In this document: piece by piece, positions 37,994 to 48,302 of the stretch
How the letters are laid out: each line of letters starts with the position of its first letter
How positions within the stretch are numbered: the stretch's first letter is position 1
Notes under the pieces: generated by a model
The model's input: the letters and a program-made list of their open reading frames with translations, nothing else
The model's database searches: none
Told to the model about the DNA's origin: nothing
Made by a program: the position numbers and the translations under genes
From: Bacteroidales bacterium
Lineage (GTDB): Bacteria > Bacteroidota > Bacteroidia > Bacteroidales > UBA4181
Direction of reading: 5' to 3'
Assembly: GCA_031551645.1 (NCBI GenBank)
Contig: JAVBNI010000246.1
Coordinates: forward strand, 2,646 to 66,645
DNA length: 64,000 bases

Positions 37994-39292
37994 ATGAGCA
38001 CAGTCTATTTGGGAATGACAGCCGATATTATTCATCCAGGTCTTATCAATATCATCAAGGAGGCGACTAAGTACGGGGACGTTATAATTGGATTGTTGAC
38101 CGATGAAGCAATAGCTGAGCATAAGAGATTACCACATATGTCTTATGAACAGCGTAGAGAAATTATCGAAAACATAAAGGGAGTTTCGCGGGTTGTACCT
38201 CAGAAGGAGTGGAGTTATGTAGATAATCTTCGCGAATATAAACCTGATTTTATTATACATGGTGATGATTGGAAGCATGGTCCTCTGTCAAAGATTAGGG
38301 AAGATGTTTTTTCTATAATGCAAGAAATTGGCGGTGAAGTTATAGAAATACCTTATACACATGGAATAACATCATCTTCATTAAATAATGACATTATTGC
38401 TATTGGGACAACGCCAGATTTTAGGTTAAAAAGCCTTCGACGATTACTTTCTGTAAAAAAACTGATAAGGATTTTGGAGGCACACAGTGGTTTATCCGGA
38501 TTAATTATCGAAAACGTTGAAGTTTTTAAGGATGACAAGAGATTATGTTTTGATGGAATGTGGTCGAGTAGTTTGACAGATTCTACTTGTAAAGGAAAAC
38601 CTGATATCGAAGCAGTGGATTTAACCACTCGTCTTCAAGATTTAAATAACATTTTGGAGTGTACAACCAAACCTATTATATTTGACGGAGATACCGGTGG
38701 AAAAATAGAACATTTTGTATTTACAGTTAGAACACTTGAACGGCATGGTATATCTGCTGTCATTATTGAGGATAAAGTTGGGCTGAAAAAAAATTCTCTT
38801 TTTGGAACTGACGTAGAACAATCTCAAGCGACTGTGGTAGAATTTTGTGATAAGATAAAAGCAGGAAAGAATGCTCAAGTTACAAAGGATTTTATGGTTA
38901 TTGCACGCATTGAAAGTTTGATATGTGGTAAAAGCATAGATGATGCGATGGAACGAGCCTTGGCATATGTAAAATCTGGCGCTGACGGGATAATGATTCA
39001 TAGTAAGCACAAAACTGGAGATGATATTAAGACTTTTTGTTTGGAATTTAGGAAAAATGACAAAATTACCCCACTTATTGTTGTACCGACTACATTTAAC
39101 CATATCAAGGAAGATGAACTTAATAGTTGGGGCGTAAATATTGTCATATATGCTAATCACATGTTGAGAGCTTCTTATCCTGCAATGTTGAAAGTTGCAA
39201 ATATTATACTTGAAAATCAAAGGTCGAGTGAAGCTGATGAATTTTGTATGCCTATCAAGGAAATACTCGAACTCATACCCGGAACGAAATAA
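37994..39292 (+). CDS. aepX: Phosphoenolpyruvate mutase with N-terminal cytidylyltransferase-like domain
   Basis: Diagnostic EDKVGLKKNS (EDKxxxxxNS); EAHSGLSG, DGDTGG, YANH; N-terminal ADIIHPG and HGDDW. Confidence 0.95.
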   Translation: MSTVYLGMTADIIHPGLINIIKEATKYGDVIIGLLTDEAIAEHKRLPHMSYEQRREIIENIKGVSRVVPQKEWSYVDNLREYKPDFIIHGDDWKHGPLSKIREDVFSIMQEIGGEVIEIPYTHGITSSSLNNDIIAIGTTPDFRLKSLRRLLSVKKLIRILEAHSGLSGLIIENVEVFKDDKRLCFDGMWSSSLTDSTCKGKPDIEAVDLTTRLQDLNNILECTTKPIIFDGDTGGKIEHFVFTVRTLERHGISAVIIEDKVGLKKNSLFGTDVEQSQATVVEFCDKIKAGKNAQVTKDFMVIARIESLICGKSIDDAMERALAYVKSGADGIMIHSKHKTGDDIKTFCLEFRKNDKITPLIVVPTTFNHIKEDELNSWGVNIVIYANHMLRASYPAMLKVANIILENQRSSEADEFCMPIKEILELIPGTK

Positions 39293-39294
39293 TT

Positions 39295-40419
39295 ATGATT
39301 GAACCGAAACAAATATTTAGCCTTTTGCAGTCTCAAGGAATTTCACTTTATACAGGAGTACCCGATTCTTTATTGAAAGATTTTTGCGCTTATATTACAG
39401 ATAATTCTTCCGAGACATCACATATTATTGCCGCAAATGAAGGAAATGCCATAGCTATTGCTTCCGGACATTATTTGTCAACAGGTAAAATTGCGATGGT
39501 CTACATGCAAAATTCTGGTATAGGTAATGCAATAAATCCATTGCTTTCCCTTGCCGATGAAAAAGTTTATAACATACCCATGTTATTAATGATAGGTTGG
39601 CGCGGCGAGCCAGGAATAAAGGATGAACCTCAACATATAAAGCAAGGGGAAGTAACATTGGCGTTGTTAGATGCAATGCAAATTTGCTATACGATTATTG
39701 ATAATGATGAGAATATAGCTATCAAACAATTTTCAGAGCTTGTTTCCAATGCTTTAATTAAAAGCACCCCTCATGCTGCTATAATCCGTAAAAATGTTTT
39801 TACAGATTATAAATTAAAAAAACAATCAATAAACCATTATGAAATGTCAAGGGAGGAGGCATTGAAAGTCATTATCGACTCTATGAATCCGGAAGATATT
39901 GTTGTTTCTTCTACGGGGAAATTATCTCGAGAACTTTTCGAATACAGGGAAGCTAAGAAAGATGGACATGGCAAAGATTTCTTAACTGTTGGTTCAATGG
40001 GACATAGTAGTTCTATTGCATTGGGGATTGCTTTAAATACAGATAAAAATGTTTATTGCTTAGATGGAGACGGTTCTGCGATTATGCACATGGGGGTATT
40101 GTCAAATATTGGAGTATTGGGTTTAAAAAATTTCAAACATATCATTTTTAATAATGGAGCACACGAGTCTGTAGGGGGACAACCTACTGTTGGTTTAAAA
40201 ATTGATTTGGCAAATATTGCTAAATACAGTGGCTATAATGCTGTATATGTGGTTGAAAATAGAGCTGAGTTAACCATAGTTGCAAAAAAAATACAACGAG
40301 ACAATGGACCTATACTTTTAGAAATCAAAATTAATACAAACTCAAGAAAAAATTTAGGACGACCGACAACGACCACTATTGAAAACAAACGTAATTTCAT
40401 GGAAAATTTTAAATCTTAA
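39295..40419 (+). CDS. aepY: Phosphonopyruvate decarboxylase
   Basis: GVPDSLLK, ANEGNA, YMQNSGIGN, DEPQH, GSMGH, DGDGS, HESVGGQPT; ATG at 39295 preferred. Confidence 0.95.
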   Translation: MIEPKQIFSLLQSQGISLYTGVPDSLLKDFCAYITDNSSETSHIIAANEGNAIAIASGHYLSTGKIAMVYMQNSGIGNAINPLLSLADEKVYNIPMLLMIGWRGEPGIKDEPQHIKQGEVTLALLDAMQICYTIIDNDENIAIKQFSELVSNALIKSTPHAAIIRKNVFTDYKLKKQSINHYEMSREEALKVIIDSMNPEDIVVSSTGKLSRELFEYREAKKDGHGKDFLTVGSMGHSSSIALGIALNTDKNVYCLDGDGSAIMHMGVLSNIGVLGLKNFKHIIFNNGAHESVGGQPTVGLKIDLANIAKYSGYNAVYVVENRAELTIVAKKIQRDNGPILLEIKINTNSRKNLGRPTTTTIENKRNFMENFKS

Positions 40420-40421
40420 TT

Positions 40422-41540
40422 ATGTATATTGAACGTAAAATTCTTTTGAATCCAGGCCCTGGCACTACTTCTGACGAAGTTAAAATGGCAATGATGGTTC
40501 CTGATATCTGTCCTAGAGAAAGGGAATTTTGTGAGATAATGGATTCAATAAAAAAAGATTTATTGAAAATTGTTGATGCTGAAGAGGATTATATTGTTAC
40601 TTTATTTGCCTCTTCCGGAACTGGAGGAGTAGAAGCAGCCATAACATCAGCGGTTCCTAAAAATGGGAAACTGTTAATTATTGATAATGGGGCTTATGGG
40701 GCGCGTATGACAGATATTGCCAACAAATATGGAATAGATAATTTGGCATATAAAATTCCATATGGAGATTATCCTGATATTTTTGAGATAGAAAAAATTG
40801 TTAGTGATAAAAATAAAAAGATTACGACAATATCAGTAGTTGATCATGAAACTACGACGGGAATGAGAAATCCCGTAGAAACCATTTGTTCTATTGCTCA
40901 CAAAAATGGCATTGAGGTAATTGTTGATTGTATGAGTTCATTTGCAGGCCTACCGATAGACCTAAAACAATGGAAAGCAGAATATATTATTTCTTCATCG
41001 AATAAATGCATTCAAGGCATGGCTGGTTTGAGTTTTGTTATTTTTCGTAAATCTTTGTTGGAAAAGATTAAAGATAACGCACGTTCGTTTTATTTTGATT
41101 TATATGCTCAAAATATGGGCTTTAAAAATTCGGGGCAAATGCAATTCACGCCACCTGTTCAAGTTGTATATGCCTTGAGAAAAGCAATAGATATGTTTTT
41201 CGTAGAAACGGCTAAGGGAAGAATCGATAGGTATCGTACAAACTATGAAATATTGAAGAAAGAATTGACAAAGTTAGGATTTGAATTTCTTCTTAAGGAT
41301 GAGTATCAGTCAGGAATTTTGTTGGCAGTTAAAGAACCCCAGAATCCTGAATATAATTTTGATAAAATGCATGATTACATGTACGAAAGAGGTTTTACAA
41401 TTTATCCAGGCAAAGGAGCAAAAGAGAGTACTTTTAGACTTTCTGTATTGGGCGATTTATATAAGGAAGACATCATGTTGGCCACAGAAGCCTTGGAAAA
41501 TTATTTGAGAAGTGCGGGGATAAAATCTATTCAGTATTAA
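40422..41540 (+). CDS. aepZ: 2-aminoethylphosphonate aminotransferase
   Basis: LLNPGP, DICPRE, NGAYG, HETTTG, DCMSSF, SSNKCIQG, FTPP, IYPGK. Confidence 0.9.
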   Translation: MYIERKILLNPGPGTTSDEVKMAMMVPDICPREREFCEIMDSIKKDLLKIVDAEEDYIVTLFASSGTGGVEAAITSAVPKNGKLLIIDNGAYGARMTDIANKYGIDNLAYKIPYGDYPDIFEIEKIVSDKNKKITTISVVDHETTTGMRNPVETICSIAHKNGIEVIVDCMSSFAGLPIDLKQWKAEYIISSSNKCIQGMAGLSFVIFRKSLLEKIKDNARSFYFDLYAQNMGFKNSGQMQFTPPVQVVYALRKAIDMFFVETAKGRIDRYRTNYEILKKELTKLGFEFLLKDEYQSGILLAVKEPQNPEYNFDKMHDYMYERGFTIYPGKGAKESTFRLSVLGDLYKEDIMLATEALENYLRSAGIKSIQY

Positions 41541-41547
41541 TTATATC

Positions 41548-42270
41548 ATGATAAAGACAGCCGTAATAATGGCAGCAGGTGTGGGTAGTCGCTTTGGTAA
41601 ATATACGGAATTAAAACCCAAAGGATTTGTACCTGTAGGAGGGGTAACAATGATAGAAAGATCTGTACAACAACTTATATCTGTTGGGATAGAAAAGATT
41701 ATAATAGGTACAGGATATTATTCGGAATATTATGAAAACTTAGCAAAACAATATCCTCAGATTATCTGTTGCAAAAGCAATAAATATGCTGAGACAAATA
41801 GTATGTATACTTTGTATTGTTGTAGAGATGCGGTTAAGGATGACGACTTTCTATTATTAGAGTCTGATTTAATATATGAGCGGAAAGCCCTTTCTATTTT
41901 AATTAATGATGATCACCGGAACATAATATTGGTTACTCCATTTATGAAACAACAAGATGGTTATTATATTGGTGCAAATGAAAAAGGATTTTTATCCAAT
42001 TGTACGACCGACATAAAGAAAAGAGATTTTTGTAAGGGTGAATTAGTTGGAATTCAAAAAATTTCCAATGAGACATATCAAAAAGTGTCTATTTGGTATA
42101 AAAAAGAATGGCAGGAAAAACCGAAATTGGGTTATGAATATGCATTACTTGAAATGTCAAAACAAGGAGAAGAAATTTATATTCTTAAAGCTGATGTGGC
42201 TTGGTATGAGATAGACGATGAAAAGGATCTGTTTTACGCTGAAGAAAATATAGCGCATTTATGTGATTAA
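41548..42270 (+). CDS. LicC/PntC-type (phosphonyl) cytidylyltransferase
   Basis: MAAGVGSRF...PKG, LLLESDLIY, GELVGI, WYEIDD; adjacent to aepXYZ. Confidence 0.85.
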   Translation: MIKTAVIMAAGVGSRFGKYTELKPKGFVPVGGVTMIERSVQQLISVGIEKIIIGTGYYSEYYENLAKQYPQIICCKSNKYAETNSMYTLYCCRDAVKDDDFLLLESDLIYERKALSILINDDHRNIILVTPFMKQQDGYYIGANEKGFLSNCTTDIKKRDFCKGELVGIQKISNETYQKVSIWYKKEWQEKPKLGYEYALLEMSKQGEEIYILKADVAWYEIDDEKDLFYAEENIAHLCD

Positions 42271-42297
42271 TACGAAATATTAACATAGAAAATTACC

Positions 42298-43002
42298 ATG
42301 CAGAATAATTGGAAACAAATTTGGGAAAGTCGTGATACATCTTTCGTAATGGTTAACGAAGATGATATATTGATGAAATTGATTCAGACCGATGGATTTG
42401 ATGGAGGAGGTGGGGATAGTTTTATCACAGTGGATTCTTGGAAATCTTATGTCTCATTGATAAGAAAAGAATTTTCTGCTCGACGGACAGACAGTATATT
42501 TGAGGTCGGATGTGGTTGTGGGGCTATTTTGTATCCTCTTCATAAGTTTGGACATAAAGTAGGTGGACTTGATTATTCTGTAACATTGATTAGAAAAGCT
42601 CAAGAACTTTTACCTAATGCGTATTTAGTCGCTTGTGAAGCATCAGAACTAGAAACGGAAGATAAATATGATTTTGTGATTGCAAATTCTATGTTTTTTT
42701 ACCTTCCTAATTTTGAATATGCATTGTTTGTATTAAATAAAATGTATGAAAAAGCAAAAAAGGGAATAGCTGTTTTAGATGTTCCGGATGCTAGTTTAGA
42801 ATATCTTTTGGAAGAAAAAAGGCGAAAAGCTTGTCCAAATTATGATGAAAAATATAAAGGTCTTAAGCATCTTTACTATCCAAAAGCTTGGTTTTTAAAT
42901 TTTATAGAACAAAAGAAATATTCAAGATTTGTGATATCTCAACAAAATATCCTTAACTATGGATATAATGGATACAGATTTAATTGTTTTATATTGAAAT
43001 AA
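42298..43002 (+). CDS. Class I SAM-dependent methyltransferase
   Basis: FEVGCGCGA motif I, GLDYS, YDFVIANSMFFY. Confidence 0.88.
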   Translation: MQNNWKQIWESRDTSFVMVNEDDILMKLIQTDGFDGGGGDSFITVDSWKSYVSLIRKEFSARRTDSIFEVGCGCGAILYPLHKFGHKVGGLDYSVTLIRKAQELLPNAYLVACEASELETEDKYDFVIANSMFFYLPNFEYALFVLNKMYEKAKKGIAVLDVPDASLEYLLEEKRRKACPNYDEKYKGLKHLYYPKAWFLNFIEQKKYSRFVISQQNILNYGYNGYRFNCFILK

Positions 43003-43062
43003 AAAAATCACTCAATATAAAATGATAGATATTATTCTCAATTTAAAGGCTGTTAAAGAAAT

Positions 43063-43842
43063 ATGAAAACGGTAATTCTTTGTGGGGGGTATGGTACGCG
43101 AATCAGGGAAGTAACGGAAAATATTCCCAAGCCAATGATCCCCATAGGCAGTAATCCGATTGTTTGGCATATCATGAAATATTACGCTTGTTACGGACAT
43201 ACGGATTTTATATTGTGCTTGGGATATAAAAGCGATATTATCAAAGATTATTTCATCAATTACGAATATCGGACAAGTGATTTGATAGTTACTCTGGGAC
43301 AAGGAATCAAAAAAGTTTCGTCAGACCACGATGAAACAGGATGGAATATTGTTCTTGCCGAAACGGGAATTAATGCAATGACGGGTGCGCGTGTAAAACG
43401 TATCGCAAAGTATATCGGTGATGATGCAAACTTCATGTTGACTTATGGCGATGGGGTAGGCAATATCGATATCGATGCATTGGTCAAGTTTCACCATGCA
43501 CATGGTAAAATGGTCACGCTTACAGGTGTTCGACCTCCCGGGCGTTTCGGTGAATTAGATATTGATGAGCAAAACACGGTCATGGGGTTTAATGAGAAGC
43601 CTCAAGCAAGCGGAGGACGCATTAATGGCGGTTTTTTTGTGTGTAAACGGGAGTTCTTGGATTGTTTGGGAGATAATGAAGATTTGGTTTTGGAACAAAA
43701 CCCTATGCGTGAAATGGTTAAAAAGGGAGAGCTGAAGGTATTTGAGCATGACGGATTTTGGCAGCCTATGGACACAGCCCGTGAATATAGCTTGTTAAAC
43801 GATTTATATAAAAATAATAAAGCACCTTGGGTAAAATGGTAA
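43063..43842 (+). CDS. rfbF: Glucose-1-phosphate cytidylyltransferase
   Basis: LCGGYGTRIRE...PKPM, MTGARVKR, LTYGDG, INGGFF, GFWQPMDT. Confidence 0.93.
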   Translation: MKTVILCGGYGTRIREVTENIPKPMIPIGSNPIVWHIMKYYACYGHTDFILCLGYKSDIIKDYFINYEYRTSDLIVTLGQGIKKVSSDHDETGWNIVLAETGINAMTGARVKRIAKYIGDDANFMLTYGDGVGNIDIDALVKFHHAHGKMVTLTGVRPPGRFGELDIDEQNTVMGFNEKPQASGGRINGGFFVCKREFLDCLGDNEDLVLEQNPMREMVKKGELKVFEHDGFWQPMDTAREYSLLNDLYKNNKAPWVKW

Positions 43843-44954
43843 ATATTTTTTTTGATAATATTTATAGGGGTAAAAAGGTATTGGTTACCGGTAATACGGG
43901 ATTTAAGGGAGCATGGCTTTCTACATGGTTGATACATTTAGGAGCAAAAGTATATGGTATATCGAAAGACATTCCAACCAAACCCTCGATGTTTGAGGAG
44001 TTAAATCTTGCCGATAAAGTCGAACACCACATGGCTGATGTCAGGAATTACGAGCAAATAAAAACTATTATTCATACGATAGAGCCTGATTTTGTGTTTC
44101 ATTTAGCAGCGCAGCCCATCGTATCTGTCTCTTATTCGGAGCCTATGGATACGATAACAACCAATGTTGTCGGGACAGCAAATATTCTTGAGGTTCTCCG
44201 TCATTTTCAAAAACCTTGTACGGCAGTTATTATTACCAGCGATAAATGTTATGATAACGTGGAATGGGTTTGGGGATATAAAGAATCGGATGCTCTCGGG
44301 GGTAAGGATGTATACAGCGGTTCTAAAGGTGCTGCCGAATTAATCGTAAAATCATATTATCATTCTTTTTTCAAGAAAAATGAGAGTTTGATTAAAGTGG
44401 CTACTGCAAGGGCAGGCAATGTGATAGGTGGCGGCGATTGGGCTTTGGACCGTATAGTTCCCGATTGCATGCGCTCATGGAGTGTGGGAGATGTTGTGAA
44501 AATACGCAGTCCGAAGGCAACTCGTCCCTGGCAACACGTTTTGGAACCACTGAGCGGTTATTTGCAATTAGGGGAACGACTTTATCAAAATCCAGAATTA
44601 AATGGGGAAAGTTTCAATTTCGGGCCTCAGGCGGAATACATACATACGGTTCAAGAAATTCTGGAAGAATTGAGTGTGCGCTGGAAATTCGATACTCCCA
44701 ACAAAGCTTATCAAATAACAGATAATATAAAATTTCATGAGGCCGGACTGTTAAAACTCAATTGTGATAAGGCATTGTTCCATTTTCGCTGGATGCCAAC
44801 ACTGAATCATGAAACATTAATCAATTTTACAGGGGATTGGTATTATGAATATTACCACACCAAGCCGGATATGTTTGAATATACCAGTAACCAGATTGTT
44901 CAATATGAGCAGATAGCAATAACCAAAGACTTGTTATGGACACAAAAAAAATAA
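43827..44954 (+). CDS. rfbG: CDP-glucose 4,6-dehydratase
   Basis: TGNTGFKGAWL, HLAAQP, TSDKCY, YSGSK, RAGNVIGGGDW, RPWQHVLEPLSGY. Confidence 0.93.
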   Translation: MGKMVNIFFDNIYRGKKVLVTGNTGFKGAWLSTWLIHLGAKVYGISKDIPTKPSMFEELNLADKVEHHMADVRNYEQIKTIIHTIEPDFVFHLAAQPIVSVSYSEPMDTITTNVVGTANILEVLRHFQKPCTAVIITSDKCYDNVEWVWGYKESDALGGKDVYSGSKGAAELIVKSYYHSFFKKNESLIKVATARAGNVIGGGDWALDRIVPDCMRSWSVGDVVKIRSPKATRPWQHVLEPLSGYLQLGERLYQNPELNGESFNFGPQAEYIHTVQEILEELSVRWKFDTPNKAYQITDNIKFHEAGLLKLNCDKALFHFRWMPTLNHETLINFTGDWYYEYYHTKPDMFEYTSNQIVQYEQIAITKDLLWTQKK

Positions 44955-45382
44955 TTGAAGGGGTGCATCTAACTCCCCTGAGACAAATATTCCATCCCAA
45001 GGGGGATGTTTTTCATGGAATGAAAAAAAGCGACCCGGGTTATGTCGGGTTTGAAGAAGCTTACTTTTCTACGATACATTTCAAAGATATCAAACCATGG
45101 AAAAAACATTTAAAAATGACACTTAATTTTGTAGTTCCTGTTGGCTCTATCCAATTTGTAATTTATGACGATAGACCGGATAGTAATACAAAAGGAATCT
45201 ATAATGAGTTTGTATTATCTACTGAGAATTATTCCCGTCTTACAATTCCGCCGGGGGTTTGGGTGGCATTTAGGGGAATGGCTGAAGGATTAAATTTACT
45301 TTTAAATATAGCGAATCTTGAACATTCCCCGGAAGAAATTATACGTTTGGAATTAGGCGATATACAATATAGTTGGAAATGA
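44936..45382 (+). CDS. RmlC-like cupin NDP-4-keto-6-deoxyhexose epimerase
   Basis: GDVFHGMK, EAYFS, KPWKKH, RLTIPPGVW. Confidence 0.82.
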   Translation: MDTKKIIEGVHLTPLRQIFHPKGDVFHGMKKSDPGYVGFEEAYFSTIHFKDIKPWKKHLKMTLNFVVPVGSIQFVIYDDRPDSNTKGIYNEFVLSTENYSRLTIPPGVWVAFRGMAEGLNLLLNIANLEHSPEEIIRLELGDIQYSWK

Positions 45383-46329
45383 GGCGAATATTGGTGACAG
45401 GGGCAAACGGATACATCGGAGCACGGTTGTCATTGTATCTTGCACAGCAAGGGAATAAAGTAACAGCTTTATGTTATCCTACAATTCCTCATGACGAGAG
45501 TTGGATTAGTTTGATGAGTAATGTTGTTATTGGGGATATTCGGGATATAGACTTTATAAAAAAAATGGCAGAAGACCAATATGATATTTTAATACATTTG
45601 GTTTCATTAGACCATCATCAATCTAACCAGGGGGAACTGTCGTTTGTATCATCTGTCAATGTGATTCCGACATGGAACTTGTTGGATGTATTTTCCAAGA
45701 AGGATTTGAAACAGTTTCTTTATTTCTCGACCATACATGTTTATGGGGCATTGCAAAACGAAATAGTAACAGAAGAAACTCAACCTAACCCGACTAACCC
45801 TTATGCACTAACTCATTTACTAAGTGAACAAATCTGTAATTTTTATCATAAAAATAAGGATGTCAATTGCTCCATTATCAGGCTTTCCAATAGTTATGGA
45901 GCTCCCATTTTTATGGAAAATAATTGTTGGTGGCTAGTCATCAACGATTTATGTCGGATGGTATATCTGCAAAAAGAAATTGTATTACAATCGGACGGCA
46001 CCCCAACACGTGATTTTATTCATGGGTGGGACGTTTGCAAAGCAGTGGAAACAATACTGAATGATAATACAAAAAAAGAAAACAACATTTATCATATATC
46101 TTCTGGAAAGACATATACAATTGAAGAATTGGCAAAAAAAATAAGGGATGTGTATGCAAATCGTTACCATGTTGATGTGCCCATAAAAATAGCTCCCAAA
46201 ACAGGTAAGAAAATTAATGCATATACTATTGATAACACAAAGCTAGTCTCTTTAAATTACAACGCAGAATGGGATTTGGAAAGAGGAATACATGATTTAT
46301 TTGAATATCTAGAAAAAAATGAATCCTAA
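45373..46329 (+). CDS. NAD-dependent epimerase/4-reductase (extended SDR)
   Basis: TGANGYIG, FSTIHVYG, PYALTH, RLSNSYG, RDFIH. Confidence 0.85.
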   Translation: MEMRRILVTGANGYIGARLSLYLAQQGNKVTALCYPTIPHDESWISLMSNVVIGDIRDIDFIKKMAEDQYDILIHLVSLDHHQSNQGELSFVSSVNVIPTWNLLDVFSKKDLKQFLYFSTIHVYGALQNEIVTEETQPNPTNPYALTHLLSEQICNFYHKNKDVNCSIIRLSNSYGAPIFMENNCWWLVINDLCRMVYLQKEIVLQSDGTPTRDFIHGWDVCKAVETILNDNTKKENNIYHISSGKTYTIEELAKKIRDVYANRYHVDVPIKIAPKTGKKINAYTIDNTKLVSLNYNAEWDLERGIHDLFEYLEKNES

Positions 46330-47203
46330 ATTTTCGGTCGTCATACCAACATATAATCATGCGCATTTAATTCGTCGTTGTCTGGATTCATTGGTTGAAC
46401 AGACTTACACGAGTTGGGAAGCGATTGTTGTCAATAATTTTTCACAGGACAATACAATAGACGTTGTAAATTCATACAACGATCCCCGGATTAACCTTGT
46501 CAATTTTTCAAACAACGGAGTTATTGCAGCATCCCGTAATGAGGGTATTCGACAATCGCGAGGTGAATGGATTTGTTTTTTAGATTCTGATGATTGGTGG
46601 AAGCCTGAGAAATTGGAGCAATGTATTCCATATTTTAATGATTATGATTTCATTTACCATAAACTTATTGTGACTCAGAATGTGTCTTATAATCAAATAC
46701 ATAATGCGCTGCCAAAAAGGCAGTTAAAGACAAATAATCTTGTAAATGACTTAATTGTCAATGGGAATGCTATATGTAATTCGAGTGTTGTTATTCGGAA
46801 AACATTGGTTGAGCAAGTAGGTTTTATTTGTGAAGATAAAGAATTGATTGCGGTTGAAGATTTTGATTATTGGATCAGAATTGCTCAGTGTAGTAACAAA
46901 TTTAAATACATCCATAAGTCATTAGGCTATTATTGGATAGGTGGGAATATTTCAACATCTCTTAAACAGATTGATAGGGAATATGCTATCTACGAAAAAT
47001 ATAAATTTTTGCTTTCTTCTAAAGAAAATCAACAAGCTATAAAAACACTTAATTTTAGAAGCGCTCGTATATATCATCAAAATGGAAGTTTTCAGCAGGC
47101 TTTGGACCAATATAAAAAATTGCTCACTTATGGTGTTCATTGGAAAATTCTTTTTAAATCATTGATAGGAATTGGATTATGCTTGATAAATTATCGATCT
47201 TAA
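46319..47203 (+). CDS. GT2 glycosyltransferase
   Basis: SVVIPTYN, FLDSDD, EDFDYW. Confidence 0.92.
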   Translation: MNPKFSVVIPTYNHAHLIRRCLDSLVEQTYTSWEAIVVNNFSQDNTIDVVNSYNDPRINLVNFSNNGVIAASRNEGIRQSRGEWICFLDSDDWWKPEKLEQCIPYFNDYDFIYHKLIVTQNVSYNQIHNALPKRQLKTNNLVNDLIVNGNAICNSSVVIRKTLVEQVGFICEDKELIAVEDFDYWIRIAQCSNKFKYIHKSLGYYWIGGNISTSLKQIDREYAIYEKYKFLLSSKENQQAIKTLNFRSARIYHQNGSFQQALDQYKKLLTYGVHWKILFKSLIGIGLCLINYRS

Positions 47204-47222
47204 TAGTTATTTACATAGAGGT

Positions 47223-48302
47223 GTGGCTATAAGTAAGTTAAATAATGTCATTATCCCGATATTCTTTTTTATTCAATATCTGGGGGTTGGAGCTATTGCT
47301 CAAATAATAATATTATTTCTGACACTAGCTCTCCTTATTATTATGGATAAGAAAATGTATTTATCGGAAGGAGAGAGATTTTTGCTTCTTGGTTTAGTTA
47401 TTCTTTTTGCAGTCAAGCAAATAAATATTACATTTTATGATAATCTTACCATCTTTAGATATTATTTCGGTTTTGTTATATTCTATTTCTATTTTAAACT
47501 TAGTGGATTCAGAATCGATTATAAGTTGTTGTTTTGGATGACTGTGATTATTACAACATTAGATTGGTTATTAATCAATACGGTTCTTCCTCTTGAAATG
47601 ATGAAAAATATTCCTAAAGAACATGTAGAAACAATTCTGATGGATAAACAAAGCTGGATCTTTTTTCGAAGTTATGGATTGGCAAGTAGTCCAACAGCAT
47701 CGGCTACAATTCTAGTCGTACTACTGTCTAGCATATATATTCAAGATAAAGACCATTTTAATAATTTTCTTATTCTTATTTGTTTATTTCCATTGATTTT
47801 ACTTGGATCAGGTTCTGGGTTTTTTCTCTTTATGCTTTTTATAATAATTCGGTTTAAATTATATAAAAATGCAAAAGTATTTATAGGCTTGTTATCTATT
47901 CTGATGTTAATTTTATATGTCCAAACTCAGGATATAAATGAACGAAGTGTGTTTTCTCGATTATCAGTAAATTATATAAGTCATCTCTATGATCTGAAGA
48001 CATACCAGGTAATTGAAGTATTACACACTATTGGAAATTCATCCTTTGAAGTACTTTTTGGGTGTTCATATTCTCAAAATGACAACCTTCGCATAATGTC
48101 AGATTTTGGTTGGATTGATTTTTTAGAATGTTGTGGAATAGTCGGGGTATTGTTTTTTATTATTTTTATATGGATAAAGAAAAAAATTGTATTCTTGCCG
48201 GTATTAATCTTTTTGTTGGGATATTTTCATTATCCTGCTTTATGTTCTATTCCGGGACAAATTCTTTTTGCCTCATTTATGATATGGAATAAGAATGAAT
48301 AA
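47223..48302 (+). CDS. wzy: Putative Wzy polymerase
   Basis: Very hydrophobic, AT-rich multi-TM ORF between GTs, with a periplasmic loop (RSYGLASSP; SDFGW). Confidence 0.65.
   Translation: MAISKLNNVIIPIFFFIQYLGVGAIAQIIILFLTLALLIIMDKKMYLSEGERFLLLGLVILFAVKQINITFYDNLTIFRYYFGFVIFYFYFKLSGFRIDYKLLFWMTVIITTLDWLLINTVLPLEMMKNIPKEHVETILMDKQSWIFFRSYGLASSPTASATILVVLLSSIYIQDKDHFNNFLILICLFPLILLGSGSGFFLFMLFIIIRFKLYKNAKVFIGLLSILMLILYVQTQDINERSVFSRLSVNYISHLYDLKTYQVIEVLHTIGNSSFEVLFGCSYSQNDNLRIMSDFGWIDFLECCGIVGVLFFIIFIWIKKKIVFLPVLIFLLGYFHYPALCSIPGQILFASFMIWNKNE

Noticed and set aside
38642-39220. 192-aa minus-strand ORF within aepX and similar long antisense ORFs (6420-6953, 31454-32053)
   Set aside because: Antisense to well-supported genes, with no motifs.
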